Shown in pieces: positions 1 through 10,540 of a stretch of DNA of 34,949 nt (positions within the stretch are counted from its first letter, which is position 1; each line of letters opens with the position of its first letter). The position numbers and the translations under genes were made by a program. The stretch lies in assembly GCA_043732725.1 (NCBI GenBank), contig JAYTHJ010000167.1, forward strand, positions 1-34,949. Direction: 5' to 3'. The notes beneath the pieces were generated by a model that worked only from the letters and a program-made list of their open reading frames with translations, ran no database searches and had not been told where the DNA came from. This DNA comes from Sphingomonadaceae bacterium. Lineage in GTDB: Bacteria; Pseudomonadota; Alphaproteobacteria; Sphingomonadales; Sphingomonadaceae.

Positions 1-122
1 CCATCAATCGCTTCGTCTCCGAACAAAATACCAACCCGAAACCCTTCGCATGGACTGCAGACCCCGACAAAATCATCGCCGCTGTCAAAAAAGGGCACCG
101 AGCGTTGGAAGCCGTCCACTAG
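1..122 (+). mobile_element. IS630-family insertion sequence, right end (3' end of transposase, truncated by window edge)
   Basis: The frame from nt 3 reads INRFVSEQNTNPKPFAWTADPDKIIAAVKKGHRALEAVH* (TAG 120-122). This matches the characteristic IS630 transposase C-terminus (N.NPKPF.WTADPD.II). It ends in CACTAG, consistent with a TA target. Not in the ORF track; translated by hand. Confidence 0.88.
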
Positions 123-176
123 TTCCGGTGCGATACTGTATTGATACGCGTCTGTATCTCAAACACCACACTCCCG

Positions 177-560
177 CTAGCGTTGCATCTTCATGATCTG
201 ATCCATCGGGAGCATGTTCTGATTGAGGTTGGTCATGATGAACATCGACCCCGCGAGGACAAGAAAGACGATCAGCAGGCCAAATGCCAGCGCCAGTACG
301 GTATTGGTGCTGTCTGGCCCGGTATTGACGTGCAGGAAGAAGACCAGGTGGATGCCCATCTGTCCGATCGCCAGCACGACCAAGCCGACCGGGACGCCCG
401 GGCCCCAGATGAGGTGGCTGTGGACGATATAGAAGGAGATAGCGGTCATGATGACCGCTAGCGCCAAGCCAATCAAATAGCTGATCACCTGCGTCGAGAC
501 GTTATCGGAAGACCGATCACCGGGAGCCGACTGCCCGTTATTGACTTCGATATCGGCCAT
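177..560 (-). CDS. cyoD: Cytochrome bo3 ubiquinol oxidase subunit IV
   Basis: SYLIGLALAVIMT, LAIGQMGIHLVFFLH and GSMFIMTNLN motifs, three TM helices. ATG at 560 overlaps the cyoC stop (TGATG). Confidence 0.93.
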   Translation of the reverse strand: MADIEVNNGQSAPGDRSSDNVSTQVISYLIGLALAVIMTAISFYIVHSHLIWGPGVPVGLVVLAIGQMGIHLVFFLHVNTGPDSTNTVLALAFGLLIVFLVLAGSMFIMTNLNQNMLPMDQIMKMQR

Positions 561-1219
561 CAGGCTACTCCCAGCAAATAGACGACGGTGAACAGCGCCA
601 CCCAGATGATGTCGAGAGCATGCCAGAATAGCGCAAAGCACAGGATACGACGCTGGATGTCGTCGCGGAAACCCTTGGCGAAGACTTCCGCCATCATCGT
701 CAATAGCCACAGCAGACCAATCGAGACATGAAGCCCGTGGCAGCCGACCAGCGCGAAGAAGGACGACAGGAACGCGCTGCGGTCCGGCCCCGCGGCGCGC
801 GCGACGAACCCGGCAAGCTCGTGCAGTTCGAGACCGATAAAGCCTGCTCCAAGCACAAAGGTCGCCGTCATTGCCGCATAGAACCAGCGCGGATTGCGGA
901 CATCGGCGGCGATGCTGGCCAATCCGCAGGTAAAGCTCGACGTCAACAACAACCCGGTCTCGATCGCGGTGTTCTGCAGGTCAAAAAGCTGGCGGCCGCT
1001 CGGGCCGCCGGCGGTGGCACTCGACAACACCGCGTAGGCGGCGAAGAATGCCGAGAACATGATGATGTCGCTGATCAGGAAGATCCAGAAGCCGTAGGCG
1101 ACGATAATACGCGTGCCGACGACGCCACCGTCCCCGTGCGATCGCGGCGCGTCCTGAGACCGAGAGCCGCCACGCCCAACCATGTTGGGATCGCCGTATC
1201 CGCCTTGTGCGGGGCTCAT
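560..1219 (-). CDS. cyoC: Cytochrome bo3 ubiquinol oxidase subunit III
   Basis: [34 protein letters not shown] and [10 protein letters not shown] motifs. Start placed at ATG 1219 because of the ATGA overlap with the cyoB stop; GTG 1291 is the alternative. Confidence 0.93.
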   Translation of the reverse strand: MSPAQGGYGDPNMVGRGGSRSQDAPRSHGDGGVVGTRIIVAYGFWIFLISDIIMFSAFFAAYAVLSSATAGGPSGRQLFDLQNTAIETGLLLTSSFTCGLASIAADVRNPRWFYAAMTATFVLGAGFIGLELHELAGFVARAAGPDRSAFLSSFFALVGCHGLHVSIGLLWLLTMMAEVFAKGFRDDIQRRILCFALFWHALDIIWVALFTVVYLLGVA

Positions 1220-3261
1220 GCGGCGGGAACCCGCGTACGACGAGACGCTGGTGCTGGTGCTGGCGTCGATTGCTGCTCCTCGATCGGCCACGGCTTCGCA
1301 GCCTTGATCGCCTTGCGATGCTTGAGGTCGATCCGGCGCACGGTTGCCGCCGGGATAATCTCGTCGCCGACGTCACGCCACGCGAAGACCACGAAAGTGG
1401 CGAACGCACCGACCAAGCCGACGACTGCTAGCCACCAGATATGCCAGACCAGCGCGAAGCCGATCACGGTCGCGAAGAACGCCGAGATGATGCCGGTGGC
1501 GGTGCGGCGCGGCATCTCGATGTCTTCGTATTTCGGCTCGGGAGCTTCGCGGACGCGGCGCTTGATCGCCCAATAGGGATCCTCGCCCTCAACATTGGGC
1601 AGCACGGCGAAATTGAACGCGGGCGGCGGCGACGCGGTGGCCCATTCGAGACTGCGGCCGTTCCACGGATCGCCGGTCAGATCGCGCAGGCTCTCGCGGT
1701 CGCGGATACTGACGTAGAGCTGCGCGATCAAGCAGCCGATGCCGATCGCGATCAGCCCCGCTCCGGCAGCAGCGACCAGCAGCAGCGGCTGCCACGCGGC
1801 AACGTCATAATGTTGCATCCTCCGGGTCATGCCCATGAAGCCAAGTACGTAGAGCGGCATGAAGGCGACGTAGAAACCGACCAGCCAGAACCAGAACGCC
1901 GCCTTGCCCAGGCCGGCGTGGAGCTTGAAGCCGAACGCCTTGGGGAACCAGTACATATAGCCGGCAAAGCCGCCGAACAGCACACCGCCGATGATGACGT
2001 TGTGGAAGTGCGCGACGAGGAACAGGCTGTTGTGAAGCAGGAAATCTACCGGCGGCAGCGCCAGCACGACGCCGGTCATGCCGCCGATGACGAAAGTGAC
2101 GATGAAGCCGATCGCCCACAGCAGCGGTGGCTCGTAGTGCAGTCGACCGCCGTACATGGTGAACAGCCAGTTGAAGACCTTGACGCCGGTCGGCACGGCG
2201 ATGATCGTCGTCATGATGCCGAAGAACGCGTTGACGTTGCCGCCCGCGCCCATCGTGTAGAAATGATGCAGCCAGACCATAAAGGCCAGCACACAGATGG
2301 ACATCGTCGCGAGCACCATCGAGCGATAGCCGAACAACGGCTTGGTCGAGAAGGTCGAGACGACCTCGGAGAAGATCCCGAACGCCGGCAGGATCAGAAT
2401 ATAGACCTCCGGGTGTCCCCACGCCCAGATCAGGTTCATGAACATCATGACGTTGCCGCCGCCGTCGTTGGTGAAGAAGTGGAAGCCGAGATAGCGGTCG
2501 AGCAGCAGCATTGCCGTAGTCGCGGTCAGGATCGGGAACGCCGCGACGATTAGCAGGTTCGACGCCAGCGTGGTCCAGCAGAACATCGGCATCCGCATCA
2601 GGCTCATCCCCGGCGCGCGGACTTTCAGGATCGTCGTGACGAGGTTGATCCCCGACAGCAGCGTCCCGACGCCGGAGATTGTCAGCGCCCATAGCCAGTA
2701 ATCGACGCCGACGCCGGGCGAATAGGTCAGCTCGGATAGCGGCGGATATGGCAGCCACCCGGTGCGCGAGAACTCGCCCACCACGAGGCTGATGTTGACC
2801 AGCAGCGCGCCGGTCGCGGTCAGCCAGAAGCTGGTGAGGTTGAGCGTCGGAAACGCCACGTCGCGCACGCCCAATTGGAGCGGCACGACGAAGTTCATCA
2901 GCCCGATCATGAAAGGCATGGCTACGAAGAAGATCATGATCGTGCCATGCGACGAGAACACCTGATCGTAATGCTCGGGCGGCAGATAGCCCGGCGAGCG
3001 AAACGCCATCGCCTGTTGGGTCCGCATCATGATCGCGTCGGTGAAGCCCCGAAGCAGCATAACCAGCGCCAGCAGCGTGTACATGATACCGACACGCTTA
3101 TGGTCGACGCTGGTCAGCCACTCCTTCCACAGATACGGGAAAAAGCCTTTCACGACGATCCAGACGAAGACACCCGCCAGCACGACGCCGATGACCGCGG
3201 CGGCGATCAGCGGCAGCGGCTGGTCGAACGGGATCGCCGCCCACGACAGCTTACCCAACAT
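1216..3261 (-). CDS. cyoB: Cytochrome bo3 ubiquinol oxidase subunit I
   Basis: Heme-copper ligands in [13 protein letters not shown] and AHFH. Quinol-site residues in [11 protein letters not shown] and HYDQVF. ATG 3261 is preceded by GGAGG. Confidence 0.97.
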   Translation of the reverse strand: MLGKLSWAAIPFDQPLPLIAAAVIGVVLAGVFVWIVVKGFFPYLWKEWLTSVDHKRVGIMYTLLALVMLLRGFTDAIMMRTQQAMAFRSPGYLPPEHYDQVFSSHGTIMIFFVAMPFMIGLMNFVVPLQLGVRDVAFPTLNLTSFWLTATGALLVNISLVVGEFSRTGWLPYPPLSELTYSPGVGVDYWLWALTISGVGTLLSGINLVTTILKVRAPGMSLMRMPMFCWTTLASNLLIVAAFPILTATTAMLLLDRYLGFHFFTNDGGGNVMMFMNLIWAWGHPEVYILILPAFGIFSEVVSTFSTKPLFGYRSMVLATMSICVLAFMVWLHHFYTMGAGGNVNAFFGIMTTIIAVPTGVKVFNWLFTMYGGRLHYEPPLLWAIGFIVTFVIGGMTGVVLALPPVDFLLHNSLFLVAHFHNVIIGGVLFGGFAGYMYWFPKAFGFKLHAGLGKAAFWFWLVGFYVAFMPLYVLGFMGMTRRMQHYDVAAWQPLLLVAAAGAGLIAIGIGCLIAQLYVSIRDRESLRDLTGDPWNGRSLEWATASPPPAFNFAVLPNVEGEDPYWAIKRRVREAPEPKYEDIEMPRRTATGIISAFFATVIGFALVWHIWWLAVVGLVGAFATFVVFAWRDVGDEIIPAATVRRIDLKHRKAIKAAKPWPIEEQQSTPAPAPASRRTRVPAA

Positions 3262-4240
3262 GATTGCCTCCGCTGCGGGGCGAAATATCCTTGTGCGTCG
3301 ACTGCGGCCCCGGCGCGGGCGCGAACTTGTGCAGCACGATGTCATTGAACAGCCCCGGTGCGGCGGCGCTGAACGTCGAAGGCGGTAGGTTCATACTCTG
3401 CTTGCTCAGCGCCCGGTAGCGCGCGGCGTCGAGCACGGGGCCAGATTGGCGCACTGCGGCAACCCAGCTGGCGAACTGTGTTGGCGCGACCGCATGTGCG
3501 ATGAAGTGCATCCCCGCGAAGCCGTCGCCGCTGAAGTCCGACGACAAGCCGTAGTAGTTGCCCGGCCGGTCGGCGGCGAGGTTGAGCTGGGTGGTCATGC
3601 CGTTCATCGCATAGATCATGCTACCGAGCTGCGGAATGAAGAAGGCGTTAAGGACGCTTGCCGAGGTGATGGAGAAATGCACTGGCGCACCGGCGGGTAC
3701 AACCAGCTGGTTGATGCTGGCGACACCCTGCTCGGGGTAGATGAACAGCCACTTCCAGTCGAGCGAGACGACCTGCACCTCGAGCGGCTTGGCGCGCGAC
3801 TGCAATGGCACCGCCGGATCTAGAGCGTGGCTGCCGGTCCAGATCACCCCGCCGAGCAGCAGGATAACCAGCGTGGGGATACCCCACGTCACAAGCTCGA
3901 TCTTGCCCGAATAGACGAAATCGGGGCGGTAGGTGGCGCGCTTGTTCGACGCGCGGAACCACCACGCGAACGCCAGCACCGTGAGGATTGTCGGCACGAC
4001 GATCGCCAGCATGATCGCCAACGCGTTGTAGAGGATGATGTTCTCCGCCTGCCCGACCGGGCCGCGCGGCGACAGCACAATGGCGCTGCAACCGGGCAGC
4101 AGCCCGGCAGTAACCAACGCCGACAGCCGACCCGCGTGACGGCTCGATCGCCGATGGTGAAGAAATTGTCTCAACTCGGCCTCTTCAGTTCGCCTGCGGT
4201 CCGCGAGAACGTCCGCCACACGATAACCGAACAAACTCAA
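3251..4240 (-). CDS. cyoA: Cytochrome bo3 ubiquinol oxidase subunit II
   Basis: Lipobox-like LLPGC, then [28 protein letters not shown] and [13 protein letters not shown]. No CuA Cys ligands, so it is the quinol type. Start codon uncertain and probably downstream of 4240. Confidence 0.93.
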   Translation of the reverse strand: MSLFGYRVADVLADRRRTEEAELRQFLHHRRSSRHAGRLSALVTAGLLPGCSAIVLSPRGPVGQAENIILYNALAIMLAIVVPTILTVLAFAWWFRASNKRATYRPDFVYSGKIELVTWGIPTLVILLLGGVIWTGSHALDPAVPLQSRAKPLEVQVVSLDWKWLFIYPEQGVASINQLVVPAGAPVHFSITSASVLNAFFIPQLGSMIYAMNGMTTQLNLAADRPGNYYGLSSDFSGDGFAGMHFIAHAVAPTQFASWVAAVRQSGPVLDAARYRALSKQSMNLPPSTFSAAAPGLFNDIVLHKFAPAPGPQSTHKDISPRSGGNHVG

Positions 4241-4485
4241 TCGGGTTGCGGCTGCGGCAAACTAATCCGACTGGCCGTCCTGCTGTGCAGATGCAGAATG
4301 GCTATTATTGCAATCGGGTCTGGACAACTTCGACCTGCGATGGAATGGCCTTAACCTTTGATTTAGGTGTTTAAAGCCTCTTTCGACATACCCAGAACGC
4401 GATTGCCGCTAAGCCAGTCTTGGTGCGAATTATGCATCGATCTAACATTCTAAATATAACCCATTCGGCACTGAAAGTCAACGCA

Positions 4486-5967
4486 ATGAATCGAAATCGT
4501 GCCTATCGCCGATATCTGGCTGGCGGGCTGACCATCGCGATAGTGCTCGGTGCTGCGCCGCTGGCTGCCGCCAAGCCGCGCGACGCGGTCATGCCGCCCA
4601 CGACCGAGACCACGCTTCGGGCCACCGCCGCCGCGGTCCGCGACCGCGCTGTCCGAGGCGACAATGTCGCGTACACACTGCTCGAGTCGCTCACCACCGA
4701 GATCGGCCCGCGTCCGGCGGCGAGCTCGGCGATGCACCGCGCTTCGGATTGGGCAGTGGCCCAACTAATTGCGCTCGGCTTCGAGAATGTCCACCGCGAG
4801 CCGATCAATATGCCGGCATGGACACGCGGGCAGGAGACCGCCGAGGTTACGGCACCCTTTCCGCAGCGGCTGGTCATTACCGCGCTCGGCGGTTCGATCG
4901 CGACGCCGCCGGGCGGCATCGAAGCCGAGATCGCGCTGTTTCACAGCTACGACGACATGCTCGCCGCCGCCCCCGGCTCGCTGGCCGGCAAGATCGCCGT
5001 CGTCACCCAGCCGATGCCGATCGGCGGCTACGGGGCCTATTACCGGATTCGCGGGCTCGGTCCCGCCGAGGCCGCGCAGCGCGGCGCGGTCGCGTATCTG
5101 ATGCGTTCGCTGGCGACCGACGTGCGCCGCTCGCCGCATACCGGGACAATGACCTACACCCCCGAGTTCTCCGGCGGCGTCCAGCGTCTGCAGGCGCAGA
5201 TCCCTGCCGCCGCGCTCACGGCCGTCGATGCCGAGCAGCTCGACCGCATGGCCCTGCGCGGCAAGCCGATTCGGCTGCGCCTGACGCTGGCCCCGACGAC
5301 AATGCCGAACCAGCTGAGCGAGACCGTCGTCGGCGAGCTGCGCGGGCGCGAGCGCCCCGACGAGATCGTGCTGATCGGCGGACATCTCGACAGCTGGGAC
5401 CTCGGCACCGGCGCGATCGACGACGGTGCGGGTGTCTCGATCACCGTCGCCGCTGCAAAGCTGATCGCCGCGCTACCGGTGCGCCCGGCGCGGACGATCC
5501 GCGTCGTGCTGTTCGGAGCCGAGGAAGTCGGCCGGTCGAACATCGCCTATGCCGCCGCGCACCAGGCTGCCGAACAAGCGCGCATCGTCATCGCGGGCGA
5601 GTGCGACGAGGGTGCCGGGCATATCGGCGCGGTTCGGCTGCCCGCCGGGATCGCCGCGTCGCCGTTCGGCCTGACGCTGGCGCGCACGCTTGCGCCGATC
5701 GGGGCGTATGTCGATCCCCGGCCCAATACCGACGGTGGCGGCGACCTCGAGTCGCTCGTCGGCGTCCCCTTCGTCAGCCTGCAGCAGGACGGCACGCACT
5801 ATTTCGATTACCACCATACCCCCGACGACACGCTCGACAAGGTCGACCGCCGCGACCTCGATCAGAATGTCGCCGCGTGGGCGGCGTTCACCTATCTCGC
5901 GGCGAACACGGACGTGGATTTCCGCAAGCCGCCGGTCGTCGCCGCACCGGCAGCTTTACCAAGGTAA
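4486..5967 (+). CDS. Exported M28-family zinc peptidase with PA domain (carboxypeptidase Q-like)
   Basis: Signal peptide (RNRAYRR, hydrophobic stretch, LAAA). Metal motifs GGHLDSWD, GAIDDGAG, GAEEVG and YHHT. Confidence 0.9.
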   Translation: MNRNRAYRRYLAGGLTIAIVLGAAPLAAAKPRDAVMPPTTETTLRATAAAVRDRAVRGDNVAYTLLESLTTEIGPRPAASSAMHRASDWAVAQLIALGFENVHREPINMPAWTRGQETAEVTAPFPQRLVITALGGSIATPPGGIEAEIALFHSYDDMLAAAPGSLAGKIAVVTQPMPIGGYGAYYRIRGLGPAEAAQRGAVAYLMRSLATDVRRSPHTGTMTYTPEFSGGVQRLQAQIPAAALTAVDAEQLDRMALRGKPIRLRLTLAPTTMPNQLSETVVGELRGRERPDEIVLIGGHLDSWDLGTGAIDDGAGVSITVAAAKLIAALPVRPARTIRVVLFGAEEVGRSNIAYAAAHQAAEQARIVIAGECDEGAGHIGAVRLPAGIAASPFGLTLARTLAPIGAYVDPRPNTDGGGDLESLVGVPFVSLQQDGTHYFDYHHTPDDTLDKVDRRDLDQNVAAWAAFTYLAANTDVDFRKPPVVAAPAALPR

Positions 5968-5980
5968 ACCAGCGCTAGCG

Positions 5981-6010
5981 TTGACGCGCCCAGCGGCCGG
6001 CACCTTATAG
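5981..6010 (+). promoter_or_regulatory. Putative sigma70 promoter for cysD-cysNC
   Basis: TTGACG (5981-5986), about 17-18 nt spacer, then CTTATAG, about 35 nt before the cysD start. Confidence 0.45.
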
Positions 6011-6043
6011 GAGCTAGAGTAACGAGGAATTGCGACCAAGCTC

Positions 6044-6982
6044 ATGGCGACAGCCGCGACGATCACCGCGACGATTACCGCGCAGGCGCGGCTGTCGCAC
6101 CTCGACCGGCTCGAGGCGGAGAGCCTCCATATCCTGCGCGAGGTCGTCGCCGAGGCCGAACGGCCGGTGATGCTCTACTCGGTCGGCAAGGATTCGGCCG
6201 TCATGCTGCATCTGGCGAAGAAAGCCTTCTTCCCGGCGACGCCACCGTTCCCGCTGCTCCACGTCGACACGACATGGAAGTTCAGGGCGATGTACGAGTT
6301 GCGCGAGCGCGCAGCACGCGATGTCGGGATGGAGCTGATCGTCTACCGCAACCCAGACGCGGAGGCGCGCGGCATCAACCCGTTCGACCACGGCGCGCTG
6401 CATACCGACCTCTGGAAGACCGAAGGGCTGAAGCAGGCGCTCGGCCAATACGGCTTCGACGCGGCGTTCGGGGGCGCTAGGCGTGACGAGGAGAAAAGCC
6501 GCGCCAAGGAACGCGTCTTCAGCTTTCGTTCGGCCAGCCACCGCTGGGACCCCAAGCGGCAGCGTCCCGAGCTGTGGAACCTGTACAATGCGCGCAAGGC
6601 CAAGGGCGAGAGCATCCGCGTCTTTCCGCTCTCGAACTGGACCGAGCTCGACATCTGGCAATATATCCAGACCGAAAACATCGAGATCGTGCCGCTATAC
6701 TTCAGCGCGCCGCGGCCGACGGTCGAGCGCGACGGCATGATCCTGATGGTCGACGACGAGCGTTTCCGGCTGCTGCCAGGCGAGGTGCCGGTCGAGCGGC
6801 GAATCCGCTTCCGCACGCTCGGCTGCTATCCGCTGAGCGGCGCCGTCGAGAGCAGCGCCGCGACGCTGCGCGAGGTGATCCAGGAGATGCTGCTGACCAC
6901 GACGTCGGAGCGTCAGGGCCGCGCCATCGACCACGACCAGACGGGCAGCATGGAGAAGAAGAAATCCGAGGGCTATTTCTGA
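6044..6982 (+). CDS. cysD: Sulfate adenylyltransferase small subunit (CysD/NodP)
   Basis: [49 protein letters not shown] and [11 protein letters not shown] motifs. Confidence 0.97.
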   Translation: MATAATITATITAQARLSHLDRLEAESLHILREVVAEAERPVMLYSVGKDSAVMLHLAKKAFFPATPPFPLLHVDTTWKFRAMYELRERAARDVGMELIVYRNPDAEARGINPFDHGALHTDLWKTEGLKQALGQYGFDAAFGGARRDEEKSRAKERVFSFRSASHRWDPKRQRPELWNLYNARKAKGESIRVFPLSNWTELDIWQYIQTENIEIVPLYFSAPRPTVERDGMILMVDDERFRLLPGEVPVERRIRFRTLGCYPLSGAVESSAATLREVIQEMLLTTTSERQGRAIDHDQTGSMEKKKSEGYF

Positions 6983-8901
6983 TGGCCGATACCGCGCAGC
7001 CGAGCAGCTACGCCACCGACGCGCTGATCGCCGATGACATCGACGCTTATCTCCGCCAGCATCGCGACAAGTCGCTGCTGCGCTTCATCACCTGCGGCTC
7101 GGTCGACGACGGCAAGTCGACGCTGATCGGGCGCTTGCTCTACGACAGCAAGACGATCTTCGACGACCAGCTCGCCGTGCTCGAAGCCGACAGCAAGCGC
7201 GTCGGCACGCAAGGCAAGAACATTGACTTCGCGCTGCTCGTCGACGGGCTGGCGGCCGAGCGCGAGCAGGGCATCACGATCGACGTCGCCTATCGCTTTT
7301 TCTCGACAGCGAGACGCAAGTTCATCGTCGCCGACACGCCGGGGCACGAGCAATATACCCGCAACATGGTCACCGGCGCGTCGACCGCCGACCTCGCGGT
7401 CATCCTGATCGACGCGCGCAAGGGCGTGCTGACGCAGACGCGGCGGCACAGTTACCTCGCGCATCTGCTCGGCATCCGTAACGTCGTCTTGGCGGTCAAT
7501 AAGATGGACCTGATCGGCTACGATCAGGCGCGTTACGACGCGATCGTCGCCGACTATCGGGCCTTTGCCAAGCAGATCGGGATTGCCGCGTTCACGCCGC
7601 TGCCGATCTCGGGATTCATCGGCGACAACATTACGACGCGCTCGGCCAAGACGCCCTGGTACGCCGGGCCGACGCTGATCGAGCATCTCGAAGCCGTCCC
7701 CGTCGATGCCGACGCAGCGCAGGCGCGCGGCTTCCGCCTGCCGGTGCAATGGGTCAACCGCCCCAACCTCGACTTCCGCGGCTTTGCCGGGTTGATCGCC
7801 AGCGGCAGCATCCGCCCCGGCGACGCGGTGCGCGTGCTGCCGTCGGGTCGCACGTCGACGGTCGCGCGCATCGTAACTTCGGACGGCGACTTGGCCGAAG
7901 CGGTCGCCGGCCAGTCGGTGACTCTGACGCTCGCCGACGAGGTCGATTGCTCGCGCGGCGATGTCATCGCGGCTGCGTCCGACCCGCCGCAGGTTGCCGA
8001 CCAGTTCGAGACGACGCTGGTGTGGATGGGCGACGAGCCGCTGCTGCCTGGGCGGCCGCACTGGCTCAAGCTGGCGACTCAGACCGTCTCGGCGACGGTG
8101 CAGCCGCCGAAATACGCCGTCAACGTGAACACGATGGAGCATATCGCGGCGAAGTCGCTTGAGCTGAATGCGATCGGCGTCGCCACGATCGCCACCGACC
8201 GCCCCATCGTCTTCGAGCCCTACGCCGAAAACAAGACGTTCGGCGGCTTCATCCTGATCGACAAGCTGACCAACGCCACCGCCGCCGCAGGGCTGATCAA
8301 CTTCGCACTGCGCCGCAGTCAGAACGTCCATCGCCAGGCGCTCGACGTCGACCGCGGGGCGCACGCGCGGCTGAAGAACCAGCGCCCAGCGGTGCTGTGG
8401 CTGACCGGGCTGTCAGGCGCGGGCAAGTCGACGATCGCCAACCTCGTCGAGAAACAGCTGCTGCGGATGAACCGCCACACCTTCTTGCTCGACGGCGACA
8501 ACGTTCGGCACGGGCTGAACAAGGACCTCGGCTTTACCGACGCCGACCGGGTCGAAAATATCCGCCGCGTCGGCGAGGTCGCGCGGCTGATGACCGACGC
8601 GGGGCTGATTGTCATCACGGCCTTCATCAGCCCTTTCCGCGCCGAGCGCCAGCTGGTTCGCGACATGATGCTGCCCGGCGAGTTCGTCGAGGTGCACGTC
8701 GACACGCCGCTCGCGGACGCCGAAGCACGCGACACCAAGGGGCTGTACAAGAAAGCCCGCGCCGGCCAGCTCAAGAATTTCACCGGCATCGATAGCCCGT
8801 ACGAAGCTCCCGAAGCGCCCGAGCTACGTATCGACACGACGGCGATGCGCGCGGACGCGGCGGCGGCCGCTATCGTCGACTATTTGCTCGGCAGCGAATG
8901 A
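6982..8901 (+). CDS. cysNC: Bifunctional sulfate adenylyltransferase large subunit / APS kinase (CysNC, NodQ-like)
   Basis: GTPase motifs [14 protein letters not shown] and NKMD. C-terminal APS kinase motifs [19 protein letters not shown] and [14 protein letters not shown] 6982 overlaps the cysD stop (TGATG). Confidence 0.96.
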   Translation: MADTAQPSSYATDALIADDIDAYLRQHRDKSLLRFITCGSVDDGKSTLIGRLLYDSKTIFDDQLAVLEADSKRVGTQGKNIDFALLVDGLAAEREQGITIDVAYRFFSTARRKFIVADTPGHEQYTRNMVTGASTADLAVILIDARKGVLTQTRRHSYLAHLLGIRNVVLAVNKMDLIGYDQARYDAIVADYRAFAKQIGIAAFTPLPISGFIGDNITTRSAKTPWYAGPTLIEHLEAVPVDADAAQARGFRLPVQWVNRPNLDFRGFAGLIASGSIRPGDAVRVLPSGRTSTVARIVTSDGDLAEAVAGQSVTLTLADEVDCSRGDVIAAASDPPQVADQFETTLVWMGDEPLLPGRPHWLKLATQTVSATVQPPKYAVNVNTMEHIAAKSLELNAIGVATIATDRPIVFEPYAENKTFGGFILIDKLTNATAAAGLINFALRRSQNVHRQALDVDRGAHARLKNQRPAVLWLTGLSGAGKSTIANLVEKQLLRMNRHTFLLDGDNVRHGLNKDLGFTDADRVENIRRVGEVARLMTDAGLIVITAFISPFRAERQLVRDMMLPGEFVEVHVDTPLADAEARDTKGLYKKARAGQLKNFTGIDSPYEAPEAPELRIDTTAMRADAAAAAIVDYLLGSE

Positions 8902-8903
8902 GT

Positions 8904-8979
8904 TGGTGGGCCCTGTGGGACTTGAACCCACGACCTACCGATTAAAAGTCGGTTGCTCTACCGATTGAGCTAAGGGCCC
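8904..8979 (-). tRNA. tRNA-Lys (anticodon TTT)
   Basis: The reverse complement is GGGCCCTTAGCTCAATCGGTAGAGCAACCGACTTTTAATCGGTAGGTCGTGGGTTCAAGTCCCACAGGGCCCACCA: a 76 nt cloverleaf with anticodon loop CTTTTAA and an encoded CCA. Confidence 0.97.
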
Positions 8980-9491
8980 AGCTCCCGAACTGTTCTAGGG
9001 CGAGCATGGCGGGCGCGCAACTGCCGTGCGCTAAGATGCAGCATGGGGTGCCGCCAGTCCGGAGCGATGTCGATCAGCGGATCAAGCACAAAGCTGCGAT
9101 CGGCCAAGGCCCGGTGCGGCACCAGCAGACCGCGGGCCGCAGCTAGCCATTGCCTTCGCGACGGATAGACGGTGTCCGCCGCCGCCAAAATATCGAGATC
9201 GAGCGTCCGCGCGCCCCAGCGCTGGCCGCGGCGGCGACCGAAGCGCCGCTCGATCACCTGCAGCAGCGCCAGCAGCGCGGGCAGCGTGAGCTCGGTCTCG
9301 ACCCCAACCGCGGCGTTGGCATAGGCACGCCCGCCCGGCCCGAGCGGCAGCGTCTTGCGCACGCGCGACGACGCCCGCAGTCGCAGGCCGGCCGCCTGCA
9401 GCGCGACCATCGCGGCAGCCACTACTGCCTTTGGCGCGCCGCACCGATGCCGCCGGTTCGAGCCGATCGCAATAAGGACACTGGTGGACAT
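8970..9491 (-). CDS. folK: 2-amino-4-hydroxy-6-hydroxymethyldihydropteridine diphosphokinase (HPPK)
   Basis: IAIGSN, YANAAV, IERRFGR, RWGARTLDLDIL, LVPH and RSFVLDPL motifs. Confidence 0.93.
   Translation of the reverse strand: MSTSVLIAIGSNRRHRCGAPKAVVAAAMVALQAAGLRLRASSRVRKTLPLGPGGRAYANAAVGVETELTLPALLALLQVIERRFGRRRGQRWGARTLDLDILAAADTVYPSRRQWLAAARGLLVPHRALADRSFVLDPLIDIAPDWRHPMLHLSARQLRARHARPRTVRELGP
8992..9020 (-). promoter_or_regulatory. Putative sigma70 promoter for tRNA-Lys inside the folK 3' end
   Basis: Minus strand TTGCGC-N17-TAGAAC, ending 12 nt before the mature tRNA 5' end. Confidence 0.5.
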
Positions 9492-9520
9492 CTGTGCGTG
9501 CGCCTTACAGGGTGCGCGTC

Positions 9521-10168
9521 ATGAATACCAACGCGTCCGAACCGCCGCACGACTGCCCGATCTGTCCGCGCCTGGTCGACTACCGCCACGCCAACCGGGC
9601 CGCGCATCCCGAGTGGTGGAATGCGCCGGTACCGGGCTGGGGCGACCCCCAGGCATGGCTGTGTATCGTCGGCCTCGCTCCGGGCGTCGGCGGCGCGAAC
9701 CGGACGGGCCGGCCATTCACCGGCGACCACGCCGGGACGCTGCTGTACGACACGCTGGCGAAATTCGGCCTGAGTAAGGGCAAGTTCGACGCGCGGCCCG
9801 ATGACGGACTAATGCTGACCGGCGCGTTCATCAGCAATTCGGTGCGCTGCGTGCCGCCCCAGAACAAGCCGCTGCCCGCCGAGATCCACGCTTGCCGCCC
9901 GTTTCTCGCGGGCCAGCTTGCGGCACTGCCGAACCTGCGGGTGGTAATCGCGCTCGGCACCATCGCGCACCAGTCGGCGGCGAAGGCGCTCGGCGGCAAG
10001 CTGCCCAAGCTGCCGTTCGGACACGGCGCGGTGCACCGGCTGCACACTGGCAGAACGCTCATTGACAGCTATCACTGCTCACGGCTGAACACCAACACCG
10101 GACGGCTGACCGCAGCGATGTTCGAGGACGTTTTCGCAAGCGCGGCGGCGGTCGGTGCAGAGGCTTAG
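9521..10168 (+). CDS. Uracil-DNA glycosylase, family 5 (UdgB-like, 4Fe-4S)
   Basis: CPICPRL, VGLAPG..GANRTGRPFTGD, RCVPPQNKP....C and SYHCSRLNT motifs. Confidence 0.92.
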   Translation: MNTNASEPPHDCPICPRLVDYRHANRAAHPEWWNAPVPGWGDPQAWLCIVGLAPGVGGANRTGRPFTGDHAGTLLYDTLAKFGLSKGKFDARPDDGLMLTGAFISNSVRCVPPQNKPLPAEIHACRPFLAGQLAALPNLRVVIALGTIAHQSAAKALGGKLPKLPFGHGAVHRLHTGRTLIDSYHCSRLNTNTGRLTAAMFEDVFASAAAVGAEA

Positions 10169-10183
10169 CGCCAGCGAAACCGC

Positions 10184-10330
10184 TTAAGACAGTCTGCCGC
10201 GGTCGCGCGTCCGCTGCTCGTGCCGCCGCCCGAAAACCAGCGCACCGGCTGCTAGCCCCGCGACCAGCGAAATGGCCGTGATACACACCGGTGCATTCAG
10301 AACAACAAATAGTTGCCGGCTGGGGACCAT
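10184..10330 (-). CDS. Putative small single-TM membrane protein (48 aa)
   Basis: ATG 10330 has GGAG 7 nt upstream. The product MVPSRQLFVVLNAPVCITAISLVAGLAAGALVFGRRHEQRTRDRGRLS has a hydrophobic helix followed by a basic tail. Confidence 0.45.
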   Translation of the reverse strand: MVPSRQLFVVLNAPVCITAISLVAGLAAGALVFGRRHEQRTRDRGRLS

Positions 10331-10540
10331 CGACGTTCTCCGTTTCAGCCTCCCCAACGGCGTCAATACGCACGAAGCATTGCGGCTTAGTGAACCGCAC
10401 CACAACCGACGTACAATTATCGGAAGCACGGCTTGCGATCGGCATTTCACCTCAAGAATGAAACCGGAAAACGGTACGGTAATGCACTTACGGCAGCGGC
10501 GATCCTGCGCTAAGAAGCTCGTCAAGGGGGCAAAACGGGA

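Noticed and set aside
4346-4376. Possible FNR/FixK or CtrA box upstream of cyoA (TTAACCTTTGATTTAGG)
   Set aside because: Only a TTGAT half site is present, with no ATCAA at the correct spacing. The TTAA-N7-TTTA match is imperfect and lies in an AT-rich stretch.
6044-8901. cysD/cysNC as nodPQ of a nodulation or sulfated-metabolite cluster
   Set aside because: No sulfotransferase or nod gene is nearby. The fused CysNC is a common housekeeping form.
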